Positions 23,901 to 36,152 of a stretch of DNA of 64,000 bases are shown piece after piece. The notes beneath the pieces were generated by a model. It did no database searches and had not been told where the DNA came from. It saw only the letters and a list, made by a program, of their open reading frames with translations. The translations under genes and the position numbers were made by a program. Origin of the DNA: Paragordius varius (lineage: Eukaryota; Animalia; Nematomorpha); NCBI GenBank assembly GCA_964247055.1, contig OZ176050.1, positions 6,882,001 through 6,946,000 of the forward strand, read 5' to 3'. The first letter of the stretch is position 1. Each line of letters starts with the position of its first letter.

Positions 23901-26900
23901 ATAATTTAGCCAAAAAACTTTATTTTTAGGTGGTTTTTAGTATTAGAATCCAGTACATTTTAATTATTTGAGGGTAAATTCGTATTGTTTAAGGCTATAT
24001 ATGATATGGCCAAGAGCGTAATAAAGGGTATTAAAACTGATTTTTAATGTAAATGGTCCATATATCAATTAATCAAATACTAGTTTTTATTGGTAAGAAT
24101 TTGTTTCAAATTTAATTAGAACCGCAATTTTCTATTGGCGAGGATGAAACGAATCCGGAAAACAATCGTGATATACCCACCGAAGATTTGGATCAAGTAG
24201 CGGAACTAACACTTAAACAAACTAACCTTCAGCAAATTTTAGCCGATTTACATTTATCGGATGATGTTATCCAACGGTTTAAGAAGGAAGCTATAGATTA
24301 TGAAGCATTGGTAAGCTAAAAGATAAATTTTGATTAGGGTAAACGGTTAAACCCAAAGTTAATTATGTTTTATGAAGAGTATTTTTTAAATATATTTTTA
24401 AAAATGAGGCGAACTTTTTATTGAATAATTCATGCAATTATATTTTCACCTTTTATATGTTTTTTTGAAATATAATAATACCGTTTTTTGAATTATTTTT
24501 TAAATTTGAAACCGGAACCGATGGCAGTTTTTACTATTATGTTATGGTTAGGAGCCTTGTTAATTGCTGTAAAATATTTTTGCTTACTAGCTTTTATGCA
24601 ACGACAATGATCTCAAAGATTTGGGGGTCCCACTTGGATGTCGTAAAAAACTTATTCATTATATAGCTAAACAAAAAGATCAAGTAATATGCTTATGTTA
24701 TACACTTTTTGTAAAATTAAATGATGCATGAAATTTAAATTTGTTTTGATTTTATACATTTCCATTATTTGTTTGACAATATAGTAGCAGATTTATCCGG
24801 ACTTTTTCACATTCTTTATTTGTAATATAATAGCGTGCGCTATAAAATTTTGTCCATAGTAAAATATGGAAAAATGTTTGATTTTTGTTTTTTTTTATTC
24901 ACTACTGTGTTGCCCTTTTGACCAACTATAATGTGAATTCAGCATAAATGTGCATACTGTAATTGATTGAGTTTTTTGAAAAGATGGGTGTGTTATGATA
25001 CTAAATTATATAATTACATGCATATATTTTAAATTTATGTATAAAAGCTGGTTATATATCGCGTACGTTCTTACCCTAATAAATGGATTGAAAGCGAATT
25101 TAGTTTTTTTAACTGTTTTACGAAACGGAACCGCTGATTTAAACGGTTTTTTATACAACTTTAATCATATTTTTTAATTTATATTATATTTTAGAATTTA
25201 AATATTTTAACTAATATTTTCGTTGTAAATTACAAAAAATGAACCCGTCAGAACCATTACATAAGAAAAAACAATGGAACATGATTTAGAGTTTTTTTAT
25301 TAATAATGATAATGGAACCTAAAAAATCGCTGAAGATAAAAAATGGCTTAAAACCGGAATTGTGCTTTATATCTGACAAAATATAAAGCTTAAGTCCCAA
25401 TAATTAAAAACAAATTACAAAGACCTGCCCACAACGCCACAATAAGCTCAATAGTTTTTAGGCTAACAGCTATTTATAAATACTTTTTACGGTTCATTAT
25501 GTTTTTTCAAATTATTTTACTGTATGGATGTAGCACAAATCCAAATTGGGTATTAGACAAAGCTCAATCGATGCCAAAATATGCGATCGCGTGCGTGCCG
25601 CATCCGTATATGATCCCACTTCGGTTCTTCTCCATTTCCAACAACGGCATATGCAACAAAATAAAAATGTCCTGCATTCATCCTCTAATACTGGACTAGC
25701 TGATCAAAATGATGTTTCTGTCCTTCTTAAAAAAGATAAATCTGCAAATGATCTTCTTGACACATTTTCTCAACATGGCAATGATCAAAAAAATGATGAC
25801 ACATTATCTATAACCTCATCTGTTGGCTCTTCAAATGATAATCAAGCTGTAGATAATGAATTTTTGAGTGTGGGTATGTGTTAGTAAATAAAATTAAAGA
25901 CAAACACATATTGGCTTAATTTTTATGGTCATAGATTTTAATATAACTGTGAATTAATGAACTATTAAATTATTTCATTTAATTAAAAAATTACTGTAAT
26001 TATATTGCTCATTTATTAATCTTAATTATTTAAGGAACGGCTGGTACTGGTCAACCTTATGTAACTTACAATACGTTAGACTTTAATCCCGATTGTTTTT
26101 TTGCCATGGGATCACCTATCGGTAACTTTTTCTTATAACAGCTAATAATTAAATTTTTGATATACGTATTTTATCTTAATTTATCAATCTATTGCCTACC
26201 TTAGGGATATCGAAAATCATTCATTTAAAATTATATTTTTGTAATTCAAGGATTATTCTTAACTATCCGGGGAGTGGAAATGATTGGACCAAATTATGCG
26301 TTTCCAACGTGTTGTCATTTCTACAACATTTTTCATCCGTATGATCCAGTAGCTTTTAGATTGGAACCTTTAATCATTCCAGCCGCAGTTAAGGTCAAAC
26401 CTATCATAGTTCCTCATCACAAAGGGCGAAAACGAATGCATTTGGGTAACAGATTTTGATTTTACAGTTTAAACTGTTTTATTACATGTTAAGTTTTATG
26501 TGGTGTATAGCGTACTTTTGATTAGCGCCTTGATTATAGTGGTTAAAAGATAGTCAAAGGTTTATGTGTCGGTAAATTGAACCCCTAACCTTTATTTTAA
26601 AATAATTAACCATTTAGATTTAATTAATGGGATTAAAAACATTTACTTAATGCCAATCAAAATTTATTATACAGTTTAATTTCGATACACAAAATTTATT
26701 TTTCTGTCTTGACTGGTTAAAATATCACGAATAGATTCTAATTATCTATATTTTACCTTATTGCAAATATTAATATAACATAATTCATATTTTGATTAAC
26801 GGGAACAGAATTGCGAGAAAATTTGAACAAAATGAGTTATGACATAAAACACAGTTTGTTTCAAACTTTTAAACACACTATGGATTCATTACATCTTATA

Positions 26901-29569
26901 TCGTTTCCCGGATCACATCCTGATGACCATCAAAAACCAAAGTAACAAAAATATTTGATTTAAAATATTTTGCAAAAACTTGCTTCTTTATGAGTTTTAA
27001 TTTTTCACAAAATTTTTAAATCTTCATTTACCCAAAATCTAATAATTTTATTGTATAAATTTTGGATATGTCATAGATTGGAATCATCCAAATCGGCTTT
27101 TCAGCTTGGTCGCTCAATAGAACCAAATGAACGTATATTATTTCAAAAAAAATCATTTCATAAAAATTGACTATATACTAATAATTTGTTTAAACAGTAT
27201 AGCCTTATTAGATTTATTTAACAATTATATGCAAAAGCTTTTTAAGTTATTTCCAAGTCGAAAATAATTCTTGTTTTTCACAATACAGATACATTTTTTT
27301 CAACATTTAGCACAGAATTTACCAAATAAAACAGCGACACCGGATAGAAGACCAAGTTTTTGGGATAAACTTGCGTTTAAAACATTCAACAATGTAGTAT
27401 CGTCCCCCATTTCCTCTGATAATATGAACCACAAAAACGCAATCATTTATTCTGCTAAAACAAACGATATTAAAAGTTTGCTTTTTTTCACACTAATAAT
27501 AAAGTGTTTAAGAATTTGATTAGAGGAATATATATTTATTCAAGTTAATTTTGGTAAAAATATCGCTATTTATACAAATCTAGTGACAATCCAAGGATTA
27601 AAACATAATTATTTATTTTAATTGCCATAGAAAAAATTATTAAAAAATTTATATTTTGATGAATATTTTTGGTCGCCTTTTAAATACAAAATTATAAAAA
27701 CATCATTATTTAGGTTTAGATTATGCATCACCATTAAATAATTCTACCCACAAAAATTTTATTCATCCCAAAGAATCGGTCGGTGAGAAATCTCGACCAT
27801 CACTTCAAATCAAGGATCCCAATTTTGTCAACGAAATAAAACGATCACGACTTCAACGAAATCAGGACGCCGTCAAAAGTAATGAATTGAACATAATTAA
27901 CCGATCTCATTCACAGGACAATGAGAAGCAATTAACGGCTGATTCGCGCACTGGCTGGTTAAAAAGGCAACTCAGCCAAAGACTAGGTGGAAAAGAAAAG
28001 GTTTATATTAACATACATTAAAAAATGGAGAAATTGAAAATTAATCTAATAAAAATATGTAGTTTTTAATTTTTTTTATCGTGTAAATTAATTATTATGT
28101 TTGGTTTTAATAACTTATACTTGTAAAAATGTGAGAGAAAGTTCGATACATTTAAGCATGCTATAGTTTGGTGAATTTAAATGAAACGTTTAAATATAAT
28201 ATCACCCTATACTTCACCAATGCCATATATTTGTAGATGTCCAGTGAACACTCCCCCACACCTAAAAAATCAGATCATGTAATATTTAAATCGGCCGAAA
28301 ATTTGATAAATTCGCTAAAATCGGCGGCTAAAAGACAAAGTATAATACCCGATTTTACGAGTGAACTTGCTATCGATTCCACCTTATTGCATCCAAGTTT
28401 ACTATATACCTTTACATTTCAATTTTTGTCACAAAAATACCTAACTAATTCACATTTTTATGCCAAATTAAAATTGAAAAACTTATTTTTTTAACAATCC
28501 AGATAAAAGCAGCGATATGGACCAAGATAAAGCGTATAAATTTGTTTCAGCCTCGGCATCACTTTCCCCTTCAACTGAAAGTTTGCAAAACATTGATCCA
28601 AAACCATTATCTTACAAAGATATGCCAGAAAAAAGACGCATTTCATTTGTCGATGATCTTAATGGCACACATGCCGAAAGTATTAATTAAAACATAAAAT
28701 GAAATCACTAAGAATAACGTCGAAAGATAAGATAATTAAAATATAAGGCTAATTTATTGATTCCTTTTTTCTCAAAAACAAAAAATATATTTTCTTTTTA
28801 TCCGTTTAATCAATCTCCTGACAATGATTCCGGCAAATATTTCAATCAAAATATTAGCTTTATCATTTATTTTATATATCTTATTTTACGGCGATATTCA
28901 CATCTTTTAACCTTACCAACTCATCGTTTTTATTAATTAATATTTTTGGATTCTTATTATGAGATTAATTAAAAATTGCAATCGAACTCGTGCATTATTG
29001 ATGTATGTAAGACCGCGAATTCACCATATGTCCTTTTTAAGCCTCTATTAGTCCAATAATAACACTTAAATTTTTACTCTTTAAAAAAGGGAAAGTTCAT
29101 ATTCTTTATACTAATTTATCATAATGACAAAAAATGAAAATAATACCTTCCTTACATGAATGTTTTAGAAGATGAAACTAACAAAACACAAAATACTTGG
29201 ACTGATTGGACCAATATATCTACCAGTTCTGATGATGAAATCACTCTATTACCAATGGGTCAACTTAATGCGGGAAAGCGCATTGATTACGCCTTACAGG
29301 AAAAACCGATCGAAAGCTTTAACGAATACATTTTTGCTATGCATAGCCATGTTTGTTACTGGTAAATAAAATTTTACAAAAAATTATTATAGTACTTGAC
29401 TTTTAAATAAATTATTTTTATTTTTAGGGAATCTGAAGATACCATCTTAATGGTTTTGAACGAATTATATAATTTGCGAGGCGATAATATCCATGGGTCT
29501 TTACACACCACATTGCTTGAAGAAATCAAAGAGGCAATTATCCCATCAATTTTTGCCCCCAAAAAATAA
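14074..29569 (+). CDS. SEC23IP: SEC23IP/DDHD2-family intracellular phospholipase A1 (WWE-like N region, GHSLG lipase motif, SAM, DDHD), about 1300 aa
   Basis: Phase-consistent exons: 14074-14895, 16203-16408, 16774-16923, 22011-22164, 22439-22580, 22722-22824, 23451-23556, 23680-23811, 24120-24310, 24591-24683, 25534-25873, 26035-26121, 26251-26445, 26809-26941, 27077-27132, 27311-27475, 27714-28000, 28237-28396, 28503-28679, 29169-29361, 29428-29569. Motifs include [54 protein letters not shown] and HSHVCYWESED. The start is uncertain: the first in-frame ATG is 14214, and there is a possible upstream exon ending at 13929. Exons 27077-28679 rest on frame and splice logic only. SEC23IP and DDHD2 cannot be separated here. 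Confidence 0.9.
14897..14927. repeat. (TA)n microsatellite that forms the splice donor region of a DDHD intron
   Basis: The intron begins GTATATATA... at 14896. Confidence 0.9.
15492..15807. mobile_element. degenerate hAT-like MITE (intronic)
   Basis: Left end AGGGGTGTCCAAC and a degenerate right end. The 8-mer GTTTACAG flanks both sides (15484-15491 and 15808-15815). Confidence 0.5.
17402..19937 (-). mobile_element. Chapaev3-like inner copy in antisense orientation, 5'-truncated
   Basis: Its 3' terminus (CACTAGTCGAC on +) is at 17402 next to TAA. 17402-19312 is the reverse complement of 19938-21835. The deletion junction is at 19937/19938. Confidence 0.88.
18524..19912 (-). pseudogene. Chapaev3-type DDE transposase pseudogene with 22-29 nt introns
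   Basis: Reads [17 protein letters not shown]|[30 protein letters not shown]|[13 protein letters not shown]|[44 protein letters not shown]|CKMTMKLH and [11 protein letters not shown]...SDFIWNF. The pipes mark GT-AG introns at 19839-19860, 19346-19374, 19164-19186 and 18708-18730. There are a few stops and frameshifts and one deletion of about 100 bp. Confidence 0.88.
20788..21327 (-). other. 179-aa hydrophobic ORF in the 3' region of the Chapaev3 element, convergent with the transposase; product unknown
   Basis: Open in the right arm and frameshifted in the left arm (about 17990-18530, +). Its core is richer in GC than the flanks. I recognise no motif. Confidence 0.3.
22960..23257. mobile_element. 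hAT-derived MITE (intronic)
   Basis: TIRs CAGGGGTGTCCAA and TTGGACACCCCTG, with a perfect 8-bp TSD TTTTAGAA. Confidence 0.92.
24782..24961. mobile_element. degenerate copy of the Tc1/mariner-type MITE at 35776
   Basis: The right end AATGTGAATTCAGCATAAATGTGCATACTGTA matches 35955-35989. The left end is degenerate. Confidence 0.5.
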
Positions 29570-30384
29570 TATATAAATACAAATGTTTACATAAACTAAA
29601 ATTAAACATATATGTATTCTACTTTCTAATATATTTTTATTTTTTGTACAATCTCGTCATATCGAGTTATTTTAAACGGGGTTAAACATAATTGTGTCAT
29701 TCACTATACAAAATATTCAAGTGCATTATTATCTATATTTGATATTTGATATAAATATATAATATATTAATAGTAGCAAAAACATTTTTGATATCTATTT
29801 ATTAGATTTGGACACATTTAATGCGCAATATAATCACAATAAATGTATGTATGTAGTAATTTAAATGCGTTTGCACATAACATATGATGTATTTAGTTAG
29901 AGTAGAGGATAAATAAAATTTATTTTACAAATAGACAAAATACCCTGATGTATTATTTCTATCTAAATTATTGTTGTTATTAGATGTGTAATTATAATTT
30001 GAATTATTTTGATGAACCATCTGATTATTGGCTACGTTTTTACAGGCATTCGGCAAAATGGGTCTTGGACCAATTTTACCCTGTGAATAAGTTAAATTTG
30101 GTTCTAATGTATCAACACTGTTTGGTATTGATTCTCTAAAAACAAAATATTTTGAATGAAATTATATATATGAACTAAAATGTTGCATTTTATTGAAAAA
30201 TTTCGTCATTTTATTAGTTACCCTATCATTTGATGTTTATGGATTCCAGAATTATTGGGTGATTTTTTAGACAAAGTTTCAAAAGAATGGTTTTCTTCTC
30301 CATGTCCGCTAGTTTCAAATAGTTCTTTGGGATAGGGTGGCATAGGGATGAAAAAGTCTATATTTAATAAATGGCACATTTAGT

Positions 30385-33300
30385 TTAACAATTCAATTTT
30401 AGTGTTTTACAAGAAGTAATAGTACCTGAATTATACGACATATGTAAGTGATTGGCTAAGTTTGGATCTAAATACCCCATTTTTTCTCCACTAATATTAC
30501 TATTGTTTGGCACATCATCACTTTCGGTTATGAAAGAGGAAAACTGATTATTGTAAGATTCATAATATTTCTTTTGACTAATATTCCTATTTTTTCTTAT
30601 GTTCGAGGAGGTTGATGTATTTATATCAGCAGTCTTATTGGAACTTAGACACGACGATATTTGTGTCCCTGTTCCATCACCACTAATATTTCGATCCTCC
30701 CCCCTGGACCTTGAGGATAGCGTCGAAGACGTATTTTGTTCGTAAGCCGGATTGCATAGGTATTTAAGATCATTTATATTGTGATTCGTATTTTGAGTTT
30801 GGCCATTCACGGCATTCGGTTGAATTGGTATGACATTTTGAAATTGTTCATACATACTGGGTGGATGAATTGAATACATACCATTATCATAGTTTTGTGA
30901 GGCGTTTACACAGCTATCCTCAATCTCATCCTCGTCTGATGTTGTTAAGTAATTACTGGGCCTCCCATTATTGGTGTGCTGTTGACATGTTTCATTATTT
31001 TGAGGGTATTGATTTAATCCGTAACCTTTAGATGCGTTAACATCAGGAAAACATACTTTAATTGAATTTTGCGAATTACATGGTACATTTTGAGGATTTC
31101 TCGCATTTGGGTTATAATTTATGGTTTGTTGTGGCTCTTGGATATGGTATTGTGGATGATTGGTTGTTAGTACTTTAATAACATGTGGCATTCCATTTGG
31201 ATTTGAATGAGGCGCAATCATTGAATTTTGACTTAATGGCATTTGTCTATTTATTTAAACAGTAAGTGATAAATAAATTTAATTTATAATTTACAGCTAT
31301 ATAATTTAAGTCTCAAACAACATAAAAATTACTTTTCGCCTAATGCCTCTAAGTTTCCATTCAAATTGAGTTGATCCGATCCTTTTCCCCCGTCTGTGAG
31401 AAATGTATAAGTTGTAGAATTCAGGTTTGTTTGTGTTTGACCTCGAGAAACCTTGGTGTTTTTTGTCTGATTTTCTTCTTTGTTTGATGTATTTTGTATA
31501 TTATTTAATTTGGAGACATTCGATATTTTTGTTCTATTTTGATTATTTTTACCATTAATATGGCGTTGTTTTGTCGAAAATGATTGACATTTTAACCAAT
31601 CTTTCAGAGTGTTTGTGAATGAAGCCATTGAAAAAGAGCGTTTCGGACACGGGTACAAAGACATTTGTTGAAAATTTTGATGTGGGTTAACCAAAGGTGG
31701 TAAGTTCGGTTCATCGTAAATCACATCAGTTGTATTGGACATATTCACAGTTTTATGTAATAAAACCTGGATTCAAAACAAAAATCGTAAAAAATATAAA
31801 AAATAGCAGATACTTATTATAAATAGAGTCAAAAATAAGCGGAAATACGATTTAAAAAAAAAATAAGGCTATTTGTTATTCAACAAAGTATCTTAAGTAA
31901 ATATACCTGCATATATTGTGCTTCATTCATGGGGTAACAAAGGTTAGGTTTAGCGTTGGAACCGATATTATTAGTGTTGGGAGCATTAAATATTTTTCTC
32001 GACTTTTTTCCATATTTTTCATCCTTGCTCCCAATACAACATGGGAAACATAATTTGAACCATGATGGTTTACTTAACCGATTAGTTTGACCAAAATTAT
32101 CGCAATCTCTTTGCATAAATGTATTACGAGACGTGACCGATTTCAGCGTAAATATAACGAGTATTATAAGGGCCAAGGATAAAATGGGAACCGCTATTAA
32201 AGCGGGACCAGATAAGTGAGCTATCGAGGCAAGTGTTGGTTTTTCGTTAAAAATCGTGGCAGACATAATCGGTTGGATTGAAAATGCAGAATCACCACCA
32301 TTAATTAGGTTTGAAGTAAAACCATTTAGCCCACCACCAAGATTGTTGTGGTAATGAACGTTTGGGGAATTATTATCATAATTTTTGTGACTCATACCAT
32401 TTAAATGTAATAATTCATTTGTTTCATCTAATAAATGAATAAAAAAATAAAATATTGAAAAAGTTCAAAAAAGGATATTTTGGGGTCATTTTAGGGATTT
32501 TTTACACATATACCAAAATCCATAAACCAAAATCATCATAAAAACATCTTACATTGCGTTGGTGTCAAAACGTTGAGATATGAGCCACGGTAATCAAAAC
32601 CAACCGCATTCGTTACCATACATACATAATAACCGGCTTTAGATCTAGTACTTTCCATACTTAGCATGCTAGTATACTTGCCTGAAGGACCAAGCCAAGA
32701 TTTTTTAGTGATGTATTGAGGACCATTTTTAATAACTTCATACCGATGTTTACCCAATTTAAGAATTACGGGTACCTCGGTTTTTATCACCTTTTCATCC
32801 GATTGTACATTTAAATCGTGGCTGTTTTGATCTTTATTGCCATCAATATCATCTGAATTTAGTAAGTAATGGCCTTCAATTTTAACGGAATTCGCATCTC
32901 TTTCCCCAATCTTGTGAAAATAAGGCATAGATTGTTCAATATTTTCAACATTTAAAGATTCTAAGCTAGCACCATCAAAGTAACCACCCATGTTTAAAAG
33001 AGCGTTACTTGCCATTGTCGAAATATCGAGATTGGGTAACCGTTTTAACCACTAAAATAAATGTAATTTGATTATTATATGTGAGAAAACAAAACTTTTT
33101 TGGCTATTTAAAATTATTCGTCCGATTATCTTTTTTGTATTTTAAAAAAATTTACTTGAATATGTGGTTTAAGTTCACTACGGACGTCGCATCTGAATTG
33201 GGCCGATTGCCCTTCCAAAACGCTTTCATTAACAGGGTGTTCCCCAATCAGCTTTGGTCCTCTTATTTGATCTGATTAAATAGAAAAAGTTACATTTATA

Positions 33301-36152
33301 TGTATTAAATATAATTTTATTCCTAATCTGGCCAAAAACAATTTAAAAGAATAATAAACAAAAATCAACTGTTATAACATTAAAGAAAGATTATTTATAC
33401 AATACTAAATTTGTAATATGTAAATTATGTTATTTGAGAGATTTATATTGGGGAATTACAGTTTTAAATTGAACATATTGGAATTGTTATGGATAGAAGA
33501 AGAATATAAACAAGATAATGAGAATGATAAAAAACCATCACAAATAATGGCAAATGTAATATTACCTACAATCTCAAGGAAAAATGTTTCATTTACGCTT
33601 CCAAACGCATTTGACATAACACAGGTGTAAAAACCTTCATCCAACAAGTTAAGATCGTAAATGGTTAAACTATTTTTCTGTACTTTCTGCACTTTTTCCC
33701 CACCATTGTTATTAACAAGATTAATGTCAGGATTTTCATTTGTAGTTGATTCACTCCACAAACGTTCACCATTTTTATACCAGGTAAGTAAGGGTCGAGG
33801 TACTCCATAAACCGGAGGACACTTTATAACCACATCATTCCTGAGATGTCGAATAATGATTTCAATGTGCTTTTTGCCCTCGACTCCTGATGCGATTTCA
33901 AATATTTCATTCTCAGTTCCTCCTTCAACTACACTATCGATGGATGGTGGCTTAACAGCTTGGGGTCGAAATGTGGGATAACCTTGCAAAATAATTCTAT
34001 AATTGTATATTTGTTTATGACTCCGTTTTGCATAATAATATTTGACAAAAAACTTTTCATCAAGAATGCCTATTTTTATATTTTGAATTTTTAATCATAA
34101 TAATCTTGTCACCTATAAACTGATAAGCAATATTTAGATAAAGTAGAAAAATATTTAATCTAAATGACCTACGAAAATATCAAAATTATAAAACAAACTC
34201 CACTTTACAATATCTAATTTGGCACAGTTTTTAAAGTTACAGATATAAAACACGAAAAAATTCTATTTCAGCCACAAAAAAATGTTTATTTATTGTTTGG
34301 GGGAATTTTCTGAAAATGAAATAATTTTGTAATTTAGATTTAAATCCATTTTAATTATAACTATTATGACAGGTATATAAAATTTTTATCATAAAATTAG
34401 CAAGCACCAGTTTTTAATTTTTTTTACCTAGCGTCATAAGGAAGTAAAATTATATAATGGCAATATTATGGCATACTTCCAGCTAATGTGTTGGAAAATT
34501 TGTCGATTGCTTTTTCCTTTTTGACCAATTTTTCATCGTTATCATTTAACTGAAGTCCTTCGCCTATGAATTTATGAAAAAAAAACTTAATTATTATAAA
34601 AAGAAATATAGTTATGGAAATAATAATATTGCAAAATTGTGCATGATATGATTAAAAGGCGTTAGCAATTAAGCACGTAGGCTTAGTCTATTCTAGCCAT
34701 GTAATTATATTACTTTTTGATCGATCAAATTATTCTTTGGGGAAATATACTACACTTTTGCTGCTACTGTATTTTTTGGTTAATTTAATTATTCCATATT
34801 ATAATTGAAACACGCTTTCTGTCCAAAAATATGGGAAAAACTTAAAACCGATTTTGTTAACAACAATTTTAAATCCCAGAAAAATCAATTAACTGACAGA
34901 AATGTAATAATATAATGTTAAGACAAAAAAGCGGCGATTTTTTGTATAAATGAGGATATACTACATTACGGATTATAACAATATCATACAATAATATTTT
35001 CCAAAAGTTAAATTGTTGAAACAATGCTTTGCATAACGAATGGTTTTAAAAAATTCAAACACCGTTATATAAATTTATAATGATATAAAAAATACGGTAA
35101 ACAGAAGGATTCATTCTTCTGTGAAATTAATGAAACTAGTTTTAATAGCCTATTAATATTTTATACATAATATAAAATAAACCTTTAACGATCATTAGGT
35201 TATATGCCATTTCAATATGACCAAATCCATTGAAAACTCTGCACGTGTATAAACCAGAATCGCTAGGGTGGGCACTTTTTATCACAAGTTGATTGATTTC
35301 GACTGTGTGGATCCAATCATTTTCAAACGGAGATATACCATTCTGAAAACGCTTTTCATGGCTATTAATCCCAATATGATCGCTTTCGTTTACATTAATC
35401 CAATTAAGAGTTTTTGTGTCGGATGAAGTGCTGTCAAGAAAACTAAATTCTTGATGGTTTGATTTAGTAGTTTCTGGCTTATGTTCTAAAATCCTGTCAT
35501 TTTTTGCATCGTAACGTATCATGGCTTTTAGGATTCGAATCCCACTCCAAGCCAAATTATTGATTTCTTCTCCATCCTCGCCACGGACCCATTGGTAAAG
35601 AACATGCCCATGAGCATGAGAGTTCCAGTGCACAGCGCATGGCAAATGAATAGTTTGACCCATAATACCGATTCGATCACTCGTTGACAGTGTTAAGGGC
35701 TCATACTTAATTGGTGGTTCTGTTTTATATCAGGGTTGATTGAATTATTGTGAAAATAAAATAGGTTTAGAATTACAGTGTGCACATTTATGCTGGCCTA
35801 TTCACGTCATTGTTGGCCAATTGGCAATGCAGAGTAGCGTGTGTTTTGTAACAAATTTTGTCCATAATTAAATAAACATAGGAAATAAATTTTTTTATTT
35901 CAACATTTTGTTTATATTACCCACACACTAATGAGTTGCCAATTGACCAACGATAATGTGAATAGACTAGCATAAATGTACATACTGTATATTGCGCTGT
36001 AAAAAGTTTTAAAAATGTTTACCTTTATATCCCCCCAATGAGCTAGGTTGGTGTGGCCAAACAGCGGGTAATGATGTGCCCAAGTCAACAAAATTAATAA
36101 TGATAATTGATAAGAATATCAATAAAGTATTTAGATTGTGAAGTGTCCACAT
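30385..36152 (-). CDS. FGFRL1: fibroblast growth factor receptor-like 1 (3 Ig domains, TM, no kinase), 1200 aa
   Basis: Exons 36023-36152 (signal peptide MWTLHNLNTLLIFLSIIII), 35183-35719, 34477-34563, 33566-33982, 33156-33271, 32553-33051, 31907-32427, 31333-31766 and 30385-31246 total 3603 nt in frame. FGFRL-type motifs include DSGLYTCRVFNGFG, GVPRPLLTWYKNG, HPVNESV...FRCDVRSELKPHIQWLKR and GYYVCMVTNAVGFDYRGSYLNV. The TM is LIAVPILSLALIILVIFTL. There is no kinase domain in the tail. Confidence 0.9.
35776..35987. mobile_element. Tc1/mariner-type MITE in FGFRL1 intron 1
   Basis: About 55-bp imperfect TIRs with TA|CAGTG...TACTG|TA ends. Confidence 0.85.

Noticed and set aside
26520-26590. tRNA/SINE-like A-box sequence
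   Set aside because: No B box and no cloverleaf can be drawn.
30385-31766. Split FGFR tyrosine kinase domain
   Set aside because: There are no GxGxxG, HRD or DFG motifs; the sequence is low complexity.
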